Source: Clostridia bacterium (GTDB lineage Bacteria; Bacillota; Clostridia; UBA1381). From it: a stretch of 64,000 bases of DNA. Made by a program: the position numbers and the translations under genes. The stretch lies in NCBI GenBank assembly GCA_026418715.1, contig JAOAAV010000015.1, positions 6,754-70,753 of the forward strand. Direction: 5' to 3'. Below, one piece after another: positions 1 to 10,515 of this stretch. Position 1 is the first letter of the stretch. Each line of letters opens with the position of its first letter. The notes below the pieces were generated by a model. It had not been told where the DNA came from. It ran no database searches and worked only from the letters and a program-made list of their open reading frames with translations.

Positions 1-700
1 TTTCTTTCGTTTCAAAGGAAAACGGTACGATTTTTTCATCGCCCAACTCTTCGGTCATTTTTGAAAAATCCACACTATCAGCATGAATTCTTGCGGGTGT
101 TCCTGTTTTAAATCGCAAAAGCTTTATCCCGATTCTTTTTAAGCTTTCCGACAATTGTTTTGCAGGAAACATACCATCAGGTCCGCTTTCTCTTTCGTAG
201 TCGCCAATCAATATTTTGCCTCTTAGATATGTTCCCGTAGCGATTATTACGGTTTTGGCGAGATACTGCATTCCTGTTTGGGTAACAACTGCGTAAACTG
301 CGTTGTTTTCAGTCAAAATATCTACAATTTCTGCTTGCTTAACATCTAAATTTTCTTGATACTCAAGACGTTTCTTTATTTCCATATGGTATTTTTTTCG
401 ATCAACCTGCGCACGAAGGGAATGTACGGCAGGACCTTTGCCTTTGTTGAGCATTTTTGATTGAATAAACACCGCATCGGTGACTTTTCCCATTTCTCCG
501 CCCAAAGCGTCAATCTCTCTTACGAGGTGTCCCTTTGCTGTTCCGCCTATGCTTGGATTGCACGGCAGATTGCCGACTGCGTCAAGACTGATGGAAAACA
601 TTACAACCTTGCATCCGAGCCGTGCGGCGGCTAAAGCCGCTTCCACACCAGCATGTCCGCCTCCTATTACAGCAACGTCATATTTGCCAGCAACAGCCAT
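1..700 (-). CDS. mnmG: tRNA uridine 5-carboxymethylaminomethyl modification enzyme MnmG (GidA), N-terminal part; gene continues past the left edge
   Basis: The reverse translation from ATG 698-700 reads [32 protein letters not shown]..., the FAD-binding GxGxxG N-terminus typical of GidA/MnmG. The ORF is open to position 1. Confidence 0.9.
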   Translation of the reverse strand, partial: MAVAGKYDVAVIGGGHAGVEAALAAARLGCKVVMFSISLDAVGNLPCNPSIGGTAKGHLVREIDALGGEMGKVTDAVFIQSKMLNKGKGPAVHSLRAQVDRKKYHMEIKKRLEYQENLDVKQAEIVDILTENNAVYAVVTQTGMQYLAKTVIIATGTYLRGKILIGDYERESGPDGMFPAKQLSESLKRIGIKLLRFKTGTPARIHADSVDFSKMTEELGDEKIVPFSFETKE

Positions 701-1596
701 TATTCTTCTTCCTCCCAATCCATGTTGTCATTTTCATCCTTTTCAGACTTATTTTTGAGAATATGTTCATTAAGTAGGGTTTTGTCAATAGTTTTAGATG
801 CATAAAAGGCAATTGGAAACGCCATTACCCCGATCCACAAAAATGCAGAAAAGACTAACGCAAGCATGGGATTTATTACTATAAACATAGAATACAACAA
901 AATAAGCATGATTACTGTAAGAAGAACATTCATGGGCAATTTTGCCATGGCGAAAATCATAGAATTTTTATAAAGCTGCCCTATGCTGCACTCGAATGTT
1001 ATCATAATTTGGTAGATGTAGTAATGTAAAAAAGTATAAATAAGGAGCATAATGAAGGTAATGTATGCAAACAAAAGCCATATGCCCGAATTTGTGCCAG
1101 TAAAGCAGGAAAAATAAAACATAAGGGCATTGAGCCCAAGTACAAACACGAATAAATCTACAATAACAACAACTATACCCTGCTTAAAGTTTTCTTTAAA
1201 TTTAGCAAAAAAGTCGCTCAATATCCAGGCATGCTGTTCACGGGTAAATGACCTTAAAATATATGCATATCCTGCGCTGGCGGGTCCAGACCCCCAAAGC
1301 GTGAAAAGTCCTATCGCAAACATAGCACGAAAACCCAACTGCATGGTTGACATAATTTGTTCATCAAACTTTGCATCGGGAACTATTCGTATAATCAAGT
1401 CGGAAGAAACGGGGGCAAAAACATATAAAATCATAATAATGGGCAAGCTTGTAAAAAAGTATAAAATATCAGCTTGAACTAATTTCCAGAATTTTCTGAA
1501 AAAAATCTCAAAATATAAGAAGACGCCTTTCTTTTTAGGCGCGTTTTTGTCAACACCCGGTCCTTCTTTTGTATATCCTCCGCCAAAGAGTCCCAT
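700..1596 (-). CDS. DUF624/YesL-like polytopic membrane protein
   Basis: 298-aa ORF with several hydrophobic segments and the N-terminal pattern [26 protein letters not shown] typical of YesL-family proteins. Its stop overlaps the mnmG start by 1 nt. Confidence 0.6.
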   Translation of the reverse strand: MGLFGGGYTKEGPGVDKNAPKKKGVFLYFEIFFRKFWKLVQADILYFFTSLPIIMILYVFAPVSSDLIIRIVPDAKFDEQIMSTMQLGFRAMFAIGLFTLWGSGPASAGYAYILRSFTREQHAWILSDFFAKFKENFKQGIVVVIVDLFVFVLGLNALMFYFSCFTGTNSGIWLLFAYITFIMLLIYTFLHYYIYQIMITFECSIGQLYKNSMIFAMAKLPMNVLLTVIMLILLYSMFIVINPMLALVFSAFLWIGVMAFPIAFYASKTIDKTLLNEHILKNKSEKDENDNMDWEEEE

Positions 1597-1723
1597 AAAA
1601 ATCTCCTCCTGCAGTTAACGCTTTTGGTATTTTATCATGAACGCAATTATATCATATTTATTGGTTTGTTACAATATTTTATAAGAATTTAAAATGCACA
1701 AATCACAATAATTTAATGATATC

Positions 1724-1764
1724 AAAAAAACAGACAAGACTTAAAAAAGAATTGTCTGTTTTTA
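1724..1764 (-). terminator. Intrinsic terminator after the ACT gene (end of the ior/paaK operon)
   Basis: 9-bp stem AACAGACAA/TTGTCTGTT (1729-1737 / 1752-1760). An A-run on the + strand gives a U-run on the - strand transcript. Confidence 0.6.
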
Positions 1765-1770
1765 CATCAG

Positions 1771-2202
1771 CTATAGCCTGTATACATCGCTTGCTTTTAT
1801 AATTTCAATTCCTGAATTTTTCAATACATTAATAGCTTCATTAGGCTGATCCACCCTGATAATAACCAATGCCCCGCTTTCGCTCTTGCCGATAAAGGCA
1901 TACATATATTCAATGCTTATATTGGCATCTTTTAAAATATTTAAAACCCTTGCAAGCCCACCCGGTTTATCTTCTACGGCTACAGCAATAACTTCGGTTG
2001 ATTTTACCGCCAAGCCGTTATCCTTCAACACTTTTTCCGCAAGATTCGGGTCATTTACAATAAGTCTTAAAATTCCAAAATCTGTAGTATCGGCAATGGA
2101 CAATGCGCTGATATCGATATTGTTGTTACCTAAAATACTTATAATTTCCGCCAATCTGCCGAATTTGTTCTCTACAAACACAGAAATTTGTTTTACCAGC
2201 AT
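1771..2202 (-). CDS. Tandem ACT-domain protein
   Basis: 143 aa with two ACT-like repeats (ISVFVENKFGRLAEI... and VAVEDKPGGLARVLNIL...). It sits directly downstream of a PaaK-type ligase, a common synteny. Confidence 0.8.
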   Translation of the reverse strand: MLVKQISVFVENKFGRLAEIISILGNNNIDISALSIADTTDFGILRLIVNDPNLAEKVLKDNGLAVKSTEVIAVAVEDKPGGLARVLNILKDANISIEYMYAFIGKSESGALVIIRVDQPNEAINVLKNSGIEIIKASDVYRL

Positions 2203-2220
2203 AACACTTTCCCTCCTAAA

Positions 2221-3522
2221 TTATAGTTTTCTCTTATCCAAAACCCGTTTTGCCTTACCCTCGCTTCTGGCGATTGTTTTAGGTTCTACCAACCGTACTT
2301 TGGCAGCCAATCCCAAGACGCTTGCAAGCTGGCTTTTAATCTTTTCTTCTACAAATTCAACGGATTTTACATCATCGGAAAATAATTTATCAGACATTTC
2401 AACCTGAACTTCCAAAGTATCATGGTTATTAACACGGTCTACAATAACCATGTAATTGGGTGTCACGTCGCCTCCGACTCTCAAAAGTACCTCTTCAATC
2501 TGCGAAGGGAATACATTTACACCACGGATAATCATCATGTCATCGCTTCTGCCTTGAGGCTTGTTCATTCTAACAAAGCTTCTTCCGCATTCACATTTTT
2601 CATAGTTAAGAGAAGCAATATCCCTTGTTCGATAACGAATCAGAGGAAAACCTTCTTTTGTAATCGTTGTGAAAACCAACTCTCCCAAGCTGCCTGCGGG
2701 AAGGACCTCGCACGTATTGGGGTCTATGATTTCGGGAATGAACATATCCTCGCAAATATGCATCCCCTTCTGCTTGTCGCATTCGTAGGCAACTCCGGGA
2801 CCCATAATCTCGCTGAGTCCGTATATATCATATGCTTTGAGTCGAAGTTTTTCCTCGATTGCTTTTCGCATATCCTCCGTCCATGGTTCTGCACCGAAAA
2901 TACCCGCTTTTAGCTTAAGTTCCTCTGTAAGTCCCATTTCCTCTATGGTTTCTCCCAGATACATCGCATAAGAAGGAGTACAGCATAAATGTGTGGCACC
3001 AAAATCAATCATGGTTTGAATCTGGCGCTGCGTATTTCCTGAAGATATGGGAATGACGGTAGCTCCCAGTTTTTCTGTTCCGCCGTGAAGGCCAAGTCCG
3101 CCGGTAAAAAGACCGTAGCCATAAGACACCTGAACAAAAGAATTTTTGTCCGCTCCCGTTGCAGCCAATTGGCGAGCCGTACAAGTTGACCAGTCATCCA
3201 AATCTTTTCTTGTATAGCCGACTACAATCTGTTTCCCTGTTGTGCCGCTTGATGCATGAACTCTGACAATTTCAGAAGTCGGAACCGCAAATAAGCCATA
3301 TGGATAATAATCCCGCAAATCCTGCTTATACGAAAACGGAAGATGCTTCAAATCCTCTACTGACCTTATATCTTCTGGGAGCAAACCTTTCTCCTGCATA
3401 CGCTCCCGAAATAGGGGAACTTTATCATACATTCTTTTAACCTGCCAAATCAAACGCTCACTTTGAAGTTCAATCAGCCGTTCTCTATCCATACATTCAT
3501 TTTCTTTATCGTAATAAGCCAT
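2221..3522 (-). CDS. paaK: Phenylacetate-CoA ligase family protein (PaaK-like)
   Basis: AMP-binding motif SSGTTGK and the YxPYGL and PEIIDP patterns of PaaK. I chose the start at the ATG (MAYYDKE...) preceded by GAAGGTGGG; the ORF extends to 3537. Confidence 0.85.
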   Translation of the reverse strand: MAYYDKENECMDRERLIELQSERLIWQVKRMYDKVPLFRERMQEKGLLPEDIRSVEDLKHLPFSYKQDLRDYYPYGLFAVPTSEIVRVHASSGTTGKQIVVGYTRKDLDDWSTCTARQLAATGADKNSFVQVSYGYGLFTGGLGLHGGTEKLGATVIPISSGNTQRQIQTMIDFGATHLCCTPSYAMYLGETIEEMGLTEELKLKAGIFGAEPWTEDMRKAIEEKLRLKAYDIYGLSEIMGPGVAYECDKQKGMHICEDMFIPEIIDPNTCEVLPAGSLGELVFTTITKEGFPLIRYRTRDIASLNYEKCECGRSFVRMNKPQGRSDDMMIIRGVNVFPSQIEEVLLRVGGDVTPNYMVIVDRVNNHDTLEVQVEMSDKLFSDDVKSVEFVEEKIKSQLASVLGLAAKVRLVEPKTIARSEGKAKRVLDKRKL

Positions 3523-3566
3523 AAAACCCACCTTCATAAATAAATTTTAAGGGAAATCTTTACAAA

Positions 3567-4136
3567 TTAAAACATATTGTATCCCAAGTCAAAGGCCTTT
3601 AAATTAACTTCAAGAAACTTGGCGGGAACGGTTTGTTTGAGAACTTCAATCCACTTCTCATATGCAGCGTCCGTATTTTTCGCCATTACTCCAATCAGCA
3701 CTACATTCACAGCTTTTATATTTCCTGCTTCTTCTGCGGCTTTTAAGGCATCAACGAAAACGGCGTCAACTTTTTCTTTTATTTTTTCCTCGATATTTTC
3801 GGGATATTTTTTGTCCCCGATAATTACGGGCATAGGAGATATCCTTTGTGTATTTACAATTATTTTCCCGCCTTTTTTTAGATACGGCAATGCTCTGTAT
3901 GCTTCCAACAATTCAAAAGCTAAAATAATATCCGCTTCTCCTTCATCAATAATCGGCGAAAATACCTTTTCACCATATTTTACATAAGTAACAACGCTTC
4001 CTCCGCGCTGGGACATTCCATGCACTTCAGATACTTTCACGTCATACCCTTCACTGATTGCAACGTTTCCCAAAATACGGCTTGCAAGCAACGTCCCTTG
4101 TCCGCCTACGCCAACTATCATAATGCTTTTGTTCAT
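3567..4136 (-). CDS. iorB: Indolepyruvate:ferredoxin oxidoreductase subunit beta
   Basis: 189 aa starting IMIVGVGGQGTLLASRILG, the pyruvate/ketoisovalerate oxidoreductase gamma-type fold. It abuts the iorA stop. Confidence 0.9.
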   Translation of the reverse strand: MNKSIMIVGVGGQGTLLASRILGNVAISEGYDVKVSEVHGMSQRGGSVVTYVKYGEKVFSPIIDEGEADIILAFELLEAYRALPYLKKGGKIIVNTQRISPMPVIIGDKKYPENIEEKIKEKVDAVFVDALKAAEEAGNIKAVNVVLIGVMAKNTDAAYEKWIEVLKQTVPAKFLEVNLKAFDLGYNMF

Positions 4137-5875
4137 TACTTTTCACCAACCTTTTCTATTGCGCCGAACGGACACACATTAATGCACAGTCCGCATCCGT
4201 TGCACTGCGTGGCATCTATTTTAATATTTTCTCCGTTCCATGAAATTGCCGGACAGCCAAGTTTCATGCACACTTTGCACTTTTTACATTTATCGTTTAT
4301 CACGCAGTTTCCTGTATATTTTACCGACTTTAGCAGTGCACAAGGCCTTTGAGCAATGATTACTGAAGGCTCATCCGCTTCAGTTTCTTCTTTTACCACA
4401 CGCTCAAATTCCTTGAGGTTAAACGGGTCGGCAATTACCACTCTGTCAACCCCGATTGATTTGCAAAGCGTTATTAAGTTTACCTGTTTTGTAGGTTCTC
4501 CCTTTATGGTATATCCGGTAGTGGGATTTTCCTGATGGCCTGTCATACCCGTAATGGAATTATCCAAAATGATTACGGTATTGCTGCCTTTGTTGTACAC
4601 AATATCAATCAATCCCGTAATACCTGAATGGATGAATGTTGAATCACCGATAACCGAAACCAACTTTTTATTAAAATCCCTTCCTCTTGCCTTTGCCATG
4701 CCCAAAGCAGCACTTACGCTTGCTCCCATGCATATTGTGGTATCAAGACTCGACAATGGCGCAGCAGCACCAAGCGTATAGCAGCCAATATCCCCGCTTA
4801 CAGTAAGGTTAAGCTTTTTTAAAACATAAAACGTTCCTCTATGCGGACAGCCTGCGCACATAACCGGAGGACGGACAGGGATTTCTTCATCCAGCTCAAT
4901 TTTCTGGGAAGCAGCCTCTCCTAAAACAGACTTCTTAATCATCTCAGAAGTATATTCGCCCAAAAGACTAAATACTTCTTTTCCGATTACATCAATGCCC
5001 AATGCCCTGCAATGCTGTTCAAATATGGGGTCAAGTTCTTCAATTACATAAACTTTTTCTACCTTGGACGCAAAATCTAAAATGAGTTTTTCGGGAAGCG
5101 GGTATACCATGCCGAGTTTAAGATAACTAGACTTGTCGCCAAGTGCTTCTTTTGCATACATATATGAAATTCCGCTTGCAATAATACCTATTTTGCTGGA
5201 GTTCATTTCTATTTTGTTAAATTCGCAATCTTCCGCAAATGCAGTCAACGCCCTGATTCTGTCCTCTACCACAACATGGCGTTTCCTTGCCATTCCTGGC
5301 ATCATTACATATTTGGGAATATTTTTTGTGTAATCCTTCAACAAATAATTTTCTCTTTCTTCTTCCTCAACTAAGCTTTGCGAGTGGGACACCCTGGTAG
5401 AAAGACGAATAATAACGGGTGTGTCAAATTTTTCGCTAAGTTCATATGCTTTTTTTACAAAATATTTACATTCGGCACTGTCTGACGGCTCAAGCATCAT
5501 GGTTTTTGATGCTTTTGCATAGTGTCTGCTGTCTTGCTCATTCTGCGAGCTGTGCATACCCGGATCGTCTGCTACACAAAATACCAAACCTCCGTTAACC
5601 CCCGTATAGCTGACGGTAAAAAGAGGATCTGCCATAACATTCATTCCGACGTGTTTCATACACGACATACTTCTTGCACCCGCAATAGATGCACCGATTG
5701 CAACTTCCGCCGCAACTTTCTCGTTCGGCGCCCATTCCGTATAAATTTCATTATATTTTGCGGCATATTCCGTAATCTCGGTACTTGGTGTACCGGGATA
5801 CGAAGATACCACGCTTACTCCCGCCTCATAGGCACCACGGGCAATTGCTTCATTGCCAAGCATAAGCCTTTTCAT
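4136..5875 (-). CDS. iorA: Indolepyruvate:ferredoxin oxidoreductase subunit alpha
   Basis: TPP-enzyme motifs (GDSTFIHSG) and a C-terminal 2x[4Fe-4S] ferredoxin motif (CKKCKVCMKLGCPA ... CNGCGLCINVCP). The likely start is MKRLMLGNEAIARG; the ORF extends to 5902. Confidence 0.9.
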   Translation of the reverse strand: MKRLMLGNEAIARGAYEAGVSVVSSYPGTPSTEITEYAAKYNEIYTEWAPNEKVAAEVAIGASIAGARSMSCMKHVGMNVMADPLFTVSYTGVNGGLVFCVADDPGMHSSQNEQDSRHYAKASKTMMLEPSDSAECKYFVKKAYELSEKFDTPVIIRLSTRVSHSQSLVEEEERENYLLKDYTKNIPKYVMMPGMARKRHVVVEDRIRALTAFAEDCEFNKIEMNSSKIGIIASGISYMYAKEALGDKSSYLKLGMVYPLPEKLILDFASKVEKVYVIEELDPIFEQHCRALGIDVIGKEVFSLLGEYTSEMIKKSVLGEAASQKIELDEEIPVRPPVMCAGCPHRGTFYVLKKLNLTVSGDIGCYTLGAAAPLSSLDTTICMGASVSAALGMAKARGRDFNKKLVSVIGDSTFIHSGITGLIDIVYNKGSNTVIILDNSITGMTGHQENPTTGYTIKGEPTKQVNLITLCKSIGVDRVVIADPFNLKEFERVVKEETEADEPSVIIAQRPCALLKSVKYTGNCVINDKCKKCKVCMKLGCPAISWNGENIKIDATQCNGCGLCINVCPFGAIEKVGEK

Positions 5876-5945
5876 CTCTTTAATCAATCCCTTTCCTTGC
5901 ACATAAATAAATCTATTTTAAGAAACCTCTTAATTTGTGAATTAT

Positions 5946-7244
5946 TTAGAGATTTCTTAAATCAAGTACACGCTTTGCCTTGCCGGAGGTTCTTTCAATG
6001 GATTTAGGTCCCACCAAACTCACCTTCGCATCCAAGCCAAGCACTGTTTGCAGCTTATGATGAATTTTTTTCCTCAAAGCCTCAAGCTCACTGAAATTTT
6101 CCAAAAGTTCGATATCCTGCAGCTCCACCTTTACCTCCAAATCATCGGTAAAGCCTTTTTTGGAAACTACTAACTGATATTGTGGACTTATTTGCTCCAT
6201 ACCGAGCAAAACGCTTTCCACCTGCGAAGGGAACACGTTTACACCCTTTATAATGAGCATATCATCTGTGCGTCCTTGAATTTTATGCAAGCGCGCTGTA
6301 GTTCTTCCGCATTCACATTTTTCCGTATCTATTCGGCTGATATCTTTGGTCCTGTAACGCAGAAGAGGTATACCTTCCTTTTGTATAGGAGTAATTACAA
6401 CTTCACCTGTTTCACCATCAGGCAAAACTTCACCTGTTTCAGGGTCGATAATTTCAACAATAAAATAATCCTCATTGATATGCATTCCGGTATGATAAGT
6501 ACATTCTCCAGCGACACCCGGCCCTGTTACCTCGCTCAAACCATAATTTTCAGTCGCTACTATTCCCCAGCGTTTTTCCAGTTCTTTTCTCATTTCTTCG
6601 GTATGTCCTTCCGCACCGAACATACCAATACGCAGGCTTAAAGCTTCCTTTTTTATTCCCAGCTCCTGCGCTACCTCGGACATATAAAGGGCATATGACG
6701 GAGTACTTATCAAGATTGTCGGTTTAAAATCCTGCATAATCATGAGCTGTTTTTCCGTATTGCCTGCCGACATGGGAATCACTGCCGCTCCGACTTTTTC
6801 CATGCCATAATGAAGCCCGAATGCTCCTGTAAATAAGCCGTAGCCAAACGATATTTGAGCAATATCCTCAGCAGTACCGCCTGCCATAGTAATAAGTCTT
6901 GCGACACATTCGCTCCACATTTCAATATCATTTTTAGTGTATCCCACAACGGTAGGTTTCCCTGTGGTTCCGCTTGAAGCATGAATTCTTACAATATCCT
7001 TCATAGGAACGCCGAAAAGTCCATATGGATAATTATCTCTAAGATCATCTTTTACGGTAAACGGTATTTTTTGCAAATCTTCTAGCGTTTTTATGTCATC
7101 GGGGATTATTCCCGCTTCATCAAAGCGCTTTCTGTAAAACGGTACACAATGGTACACGCGGGATACGGTTTCCCTGAGTTTTGCAAGCTGCAGCGCTTTT
7201 ATGTCTTTTCTTGACATTGTTTCCGCTTCTGTATTCCAAATCAT
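5946..7244 (-). CDS. paaK: Phenylacetate-CoA ligase family protein, second paralog
   Basis: 432 aa, collinear with the 2221-3522 protein (SSGTTGKPTVVGYT, PYGLFGVP, GRTDDMLIIKGVNVFP). Confidence 0.85.
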   Translation of the reverse strand: MIWNTEAETMSRKDIKALQLAKLRETVSRVYHCVPFYRKRFDEAGIIPDDIKTLEDLQKIPFTVKDDLRDNYPYGLFGVPMKDIVRIHASSGTTGKPTVVGYTKNDIEMWSECVARLITMAGGTAEDIAQISFGYGLFTGAFGLHYGMEKVGAAVIPMSAGNTEKQLMIMQDFKPTILISTPSYALYMSEVAQELGIKKEALSLRIGMFGAEGHTEEMRKELEKRWGIVATENYGLSEVTGPGVAGECTYHTGMHINEDYFIVEIIDPETGEVLPDGETGEVVITPIQKEGIPLLRYRTKDISRIDTEKCECGRTTARLHKIQGRTDDMLIIKGVNVFPSQVESVLLGMEQISPQYQLVVSKKGFTDDLEVKVELQDIELLENFSELEALRKKIHHKLQTVLGLDAKVSLVGPKSIERTSGKAKRVLDLRNL

Positions 7245-7331
7245 TTTAACATTACTCCCATTCTATGTAAAACATATGCGGCAACATTCAATGAAGCACT
7301 GATTGCCTTCATCAGTGCTTCATCACAATCT

Positions 7332-8855
7332 TTATGCCGCTTTTTCAAAAACTTCTTCAAGATGTTTGCTGTCAAATCTTTTTGTAACTTTGCTCACTGC
7401 CGGCACGACAATGATAGATACTGCCATTGCCGCAACTCCCATTTGCGGCGACATAGAAACCGCCGCTTTAAATCCGAATAAAGCGCTTATTACGGCAGTG
7501 GATATCGCAACCGTTAAAAAGCCGCAAATCATACCTGCCCATGCACCTGCTTTGGTTGTATTCTTTGAGTAAATCCCCCAAAGGTACGGACCGATAAAAC
7601 AGCCTGACACAACGCCCCACGAAAAAGACATAATGGAAACAATAATTGCGATGTTCATGGTGGCAAACAAGTAAGAAAGTGCCACGAAAATAAAGCATAG
7701 TATCCTCGTCACATACATTTGACGTTCTTTTTTATATTTTTTGCGCACAACAGGCATCAGGTCAACTGAAATTGCAGATGCAGATGTCAGTACAACCGAT
7801 GCCAAGGTGGACATGGACGCCGACAAAAGCAACAGGAGTATGACTGCAAGGATAATAGTTGTAATCAAATTGCTGTCACCAAGCGCTGTAAGAAGCATTT
7901 GCGGAACGACCGCATCATAGCCTCCTTGAGGCAGGGTATTGCCCAAAAACAATCTCGCAAGTGAACCTATAAAGTACGCACCGCAGCCTATAATCGCCGC
8001 AAATACGGTGGATACAATGGTTGCGGTTCTAATGCTTTTTTCATCTTTAATCGCATAATATTTGCCGACCATCTGGGGAAGTCCCCATGTGCCGAAACTG
8101 GTTAAAAGAATGTTTATGCACAAAAACTTCCAGCTTCCCGCACCCCACGGACTTACCAAGTCAGGATTAATTTGCCTGATTTTAGAGATTCCGCTTGCAA
8201 TTCCACCTACGGCGGGATTTTTCACAATTGCGACAACCATTGCGAAAACGCCGAAAATCATAATAATTCCCTGCACAAAATCCGTATACGCCGTTGCAAC
8301 ATAGCCGCCAAGAACCAAATAAATTGCAGTTAAAATCGCTACAATCAGCATACATGTCTGCACGGGTATACTCGGGAAAATTGTATTGAACATTGAGCCC
8401 AAACCTTTGTATACCGCTGCTGAATACGGAACCAGAAATATGAATATCATCGCCGCCGCAAAAACCTTCATCGCTGTTGAACGATATCTTGCCTCAAAAA
8501 ATTCGGGCATTGTTTTCACGTTGAGTTTGTGTGTCATGGCCCTCGTTTTTTTCGCAAGAATGAGCCACGCAAGCAAGCATCCAAGTACGGCATTTCCAAC
8601 TCCTATCCACATACTGCCAAAACCGATATCCCAGCCGTGCTTTCCCGCATAGCCTATAAAAATGACTGCTGAAAAATAAGATGTACCATATGCGAATGCA
8701 GATACCCACGCGCCGATGTTTCTTCCTCCAAGCAAGAACCCGTCAATGGTTTTTGTTTTGGATATGCTGTAAATTCCGATGCTTACCATCAATAAAGAAA
8801 AAAGCACAAGCGAAATAACAGTAACCACTTGCACTTGCTGCAAATTTGAGCTCAT
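7332..8855 (-). CDS. Sodium:solute symporter (SSF) family transporter
   Basis: 507 aa with about 13 hydrophobic segments. The N-terminal pattern GFLLGGRNIGAWVSAFAYGTSYFSAV is typical of PutP/PanF-type symporters. Confidence 0.8.
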   Translation of the reverse strand: MSSNLQQVQVVTVISLVLFSLLMVSIGIYSISKTKTIDGFLLGGRNIGAWVSAFAYGTSYFSAVIFIGYAGKHGWDIGFGSMWIGVGNAVLGCLLAWLILAKKTRAMTHKLNVKTMPEFFEARYRSTAMKVFAAAMIFIFLVPYSAAVYKGLGSMFNTIFPSIPVQTCMLIVAILTAIYLVLGGYVATAYTDFVQGIIMIFGVFAMVVAIVKNPAVGGIASGISKIRQINPDLVSPWGAGSWKFLCINILLTSFGTWGLPQMVGKYYAIKDEKSIRTATIVSTVFAAIIGCGAYFIGSLARLFLGNTLPQGGYDAVVPQMLLTALGDSNLITTIILAVILLLLLSASMSTLASVVLTSASAISVDLMPVVRKKYKKERQMYVTRILCFIFVALSYLFATMNIAIIVSIMSFSWGVVSGCFIGPYLWGIYSKNTTKAGAWAGMICGFLTVAISTAVISALFGFKAAVSMSPQMGVAAMAVSIIVVPAVSKVTKRFDSKHLEEVFEKAA

Positions 8856-9094
8856 TTTCTACCATCCTTCCATACTACACAATACTACGAATATATTCTA
8901 CAATAAATCAGATAAAAAATAAATACCTTTTTTAAAATTTTTATATAAAATAGATAAAAAGATTTTCAAAAAGACCATAAACGAGCGTATTTTTGTTTGT
9001 GTATTTTATATTTTGGGGCGTTTGAAGCGCAGTTTACAATAAAAATCTCCTCTGGTGATAAGAAATGAATTAAAACAACTTAAAACTTCAAGGG

Positions 9095-9120
9095 TTTTGC
9101 CACAGGCAAAAACATTTTTT
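9095..9120 (+). terminator. Orphan terminator-like hairpin in a 450-bp AT-rich intergenic region
   Basis: TTTTGCC-aca-GGCAAAA stem (9095-9101 / 9105-9111) followed by ACATTTTTT. No annotated + strand gene lies upstream. Confidence 0.4.
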
Positions 9121-9303
9121 CGATAAAGATTTGATTAAACGTAAATTTAAATTTTTACATATGACTATTGCAAAAAGTGAGTGTATTTTGGGCAACTGTT
9201 GGCAGTCTATTTTTCAAAAACTAACCACTTATAAACGATTTAAATTAATAAAATAATAATATCAGACCCGGGTTTTTAAGTATTTTAAAAAGGAGCAAAT
9301 AAA

Positions 9304-9531
9304 ATGAAAAACAAACCTGATAATCGTAAAGACAATGTAAAGAGAATTCAAAAAAATATAAATATGACAATACACAATATGGAGCTTGCAGACGATATGA
9401 TTGCTAAAACAGTCGACGAAAAAACAAAAAAGGCTCTTATTGATAAAAACGAGCGCAGAAGACAGGCTTTAAGCGGTATGCGCCATGAAATAAAAGATGA
9501 GGCCGACGCACAGGCAAAAGGATATAAATAA
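9304..9531 (+). CDS. tlp: Small acid-soluble spore protein Tlp
   Basis: 75 aa. The pattern KPDNRKDNVKRIQKNINMTIHNMELADDMI...NERRRQALSGMRHEIKDEA matches the Tlp SASP family. The RBS AAAGGAG lies upstream. Confidence 0.8.
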   Translation: MKNKPDNRKDNVKRIQKNINMTIHNMELADDMIAKTVDEKTKKALIDKNERRRQALSGMRHEIKDEADAQAKGYK

Positions 9532-9547
9532 GAAAGGAACGAAAATT

Positions 9548-10441
9548 ATGCCTAATTCAACAAACACATACCAAAATGCACAGCCAAGCACGCCGTCAAA
9601 CTTTCCGCCACAGCATCAGTCGATGCAGCCAGGTTCACAGAAGACAATGCAGCCTCTGCCAGTTACGGATAATCCGAATTATAAAGCTTCCAACAAACTG
9701 AAAGACCGTGTTGCAATTATCACGGGGGGCGATAGTGGAATAGGGCAGGCTGCCGCAGTGGCATTTGCAAAAGAAGGAGCCGATATAGTGGTTGCTTTCT
9801 ACAGCGAGCAGGCGGATGCCGGGGAAACTGTAAAGCTGGTGGAAAATGCGGGCGGACGCTGTGTACTGGTAAAATGCGACCTGAAAAAGGAAGAATCAGC
9901 AAAACAAGTGGTAGATACTGCTGTAAACGAGTTTGGTCATGTGGATGTTGTGGTAAATAATATCGCCGTACAGTACCCTCAAAACAGTATTGAAGATATC
10001 ACGGCAGAACAGCTAAACAACACATTTGCCACAAACGTTATAAGCTATTTTTATATGACAAAGGCGGCTCTTCCATATATGAAGGAAGGCAGTACAATTA
10101 TAAACACAACTTCCGTTACTGCATACAAGGGACAGCCGACTCTTATTGACTATTCGGCAACGAAAGGTGCTATTGTTTCATTTACACGTTCTTTGGCACT
10201 TTCTCTTGCGGGAAGTGGGATAAGAGTAAACGCAGTCGCTCCGGGTCCCGTATGGACACCTCTTATAACATCAAGCTTTTCTGAGCAAGATGTTGCAACC
10301 TTCGGACAGGACGTACCTTTAGGCCGTGCGGCACAACCATTTGAAATAGCGCCGACCTACGTGTACCTCGCAAGCGATGATTCGGCATATGTGACCGGAC
10401 AGGTACTCCATGTAAACGGCGGAACAATTACGGAATCATAA
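9548..10441 (+). CDS. SDR-family oxidoreductase (YhdF/YdaD general-stress/spore-type)
   Basis: TGGDSGIG cofactor motif, NNIA, catalytic YSATKGA, and the QPG..M.P.P N-terminal extension typical of this SDR subgroup. The start is taken at MPNSTN; the ORF extends to 9497. Confidence 0.85.
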   Translation: MPNSTNTYQNAQPSTPSNFPPQHQSMQPGSQKTMQPLPVTDNPNYKASNKLKDRVAIITGGDSGIGQAAAVAFAKEGADIVVAFYSEQADAGETVKLVENAGGRCVLVKCDLKKEESAKQVVDTAVNEFGHVDVVVNNIAVQYPQNSIEDITAEQLNNTFATNVISYFYMTKAALPYMKEGSTIINTTSVTAYKGQPTLIDYSATKGAIVSFTRSLALSLAGSGIRVNAVAPGPVWTPLITSSFSEQDVATFGQDVPLGRAAQPFEIAPTYVYLASDDSAYVTGQVLHVNGGTITES

Positions 10442-10515
10442 TCACAAAAACAAGCATTTCTTAATATTATATAATATCTCAATTTTATGTAAACGAATTT
10501 GAAAGGAGATATTAT

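Noticed and set aside
9121-9303. Sigma-G/F promoter for tlp, and likewise a forespore promoter upstream of gerXA at 43386-43500.
   Set aside because: I could find only weak partial matches (e.g. TTATA-18-AATAATA; GAATA-17-GAAAATA) in extremely AT-rich DNA, and these are not distinguishable from background by eye.
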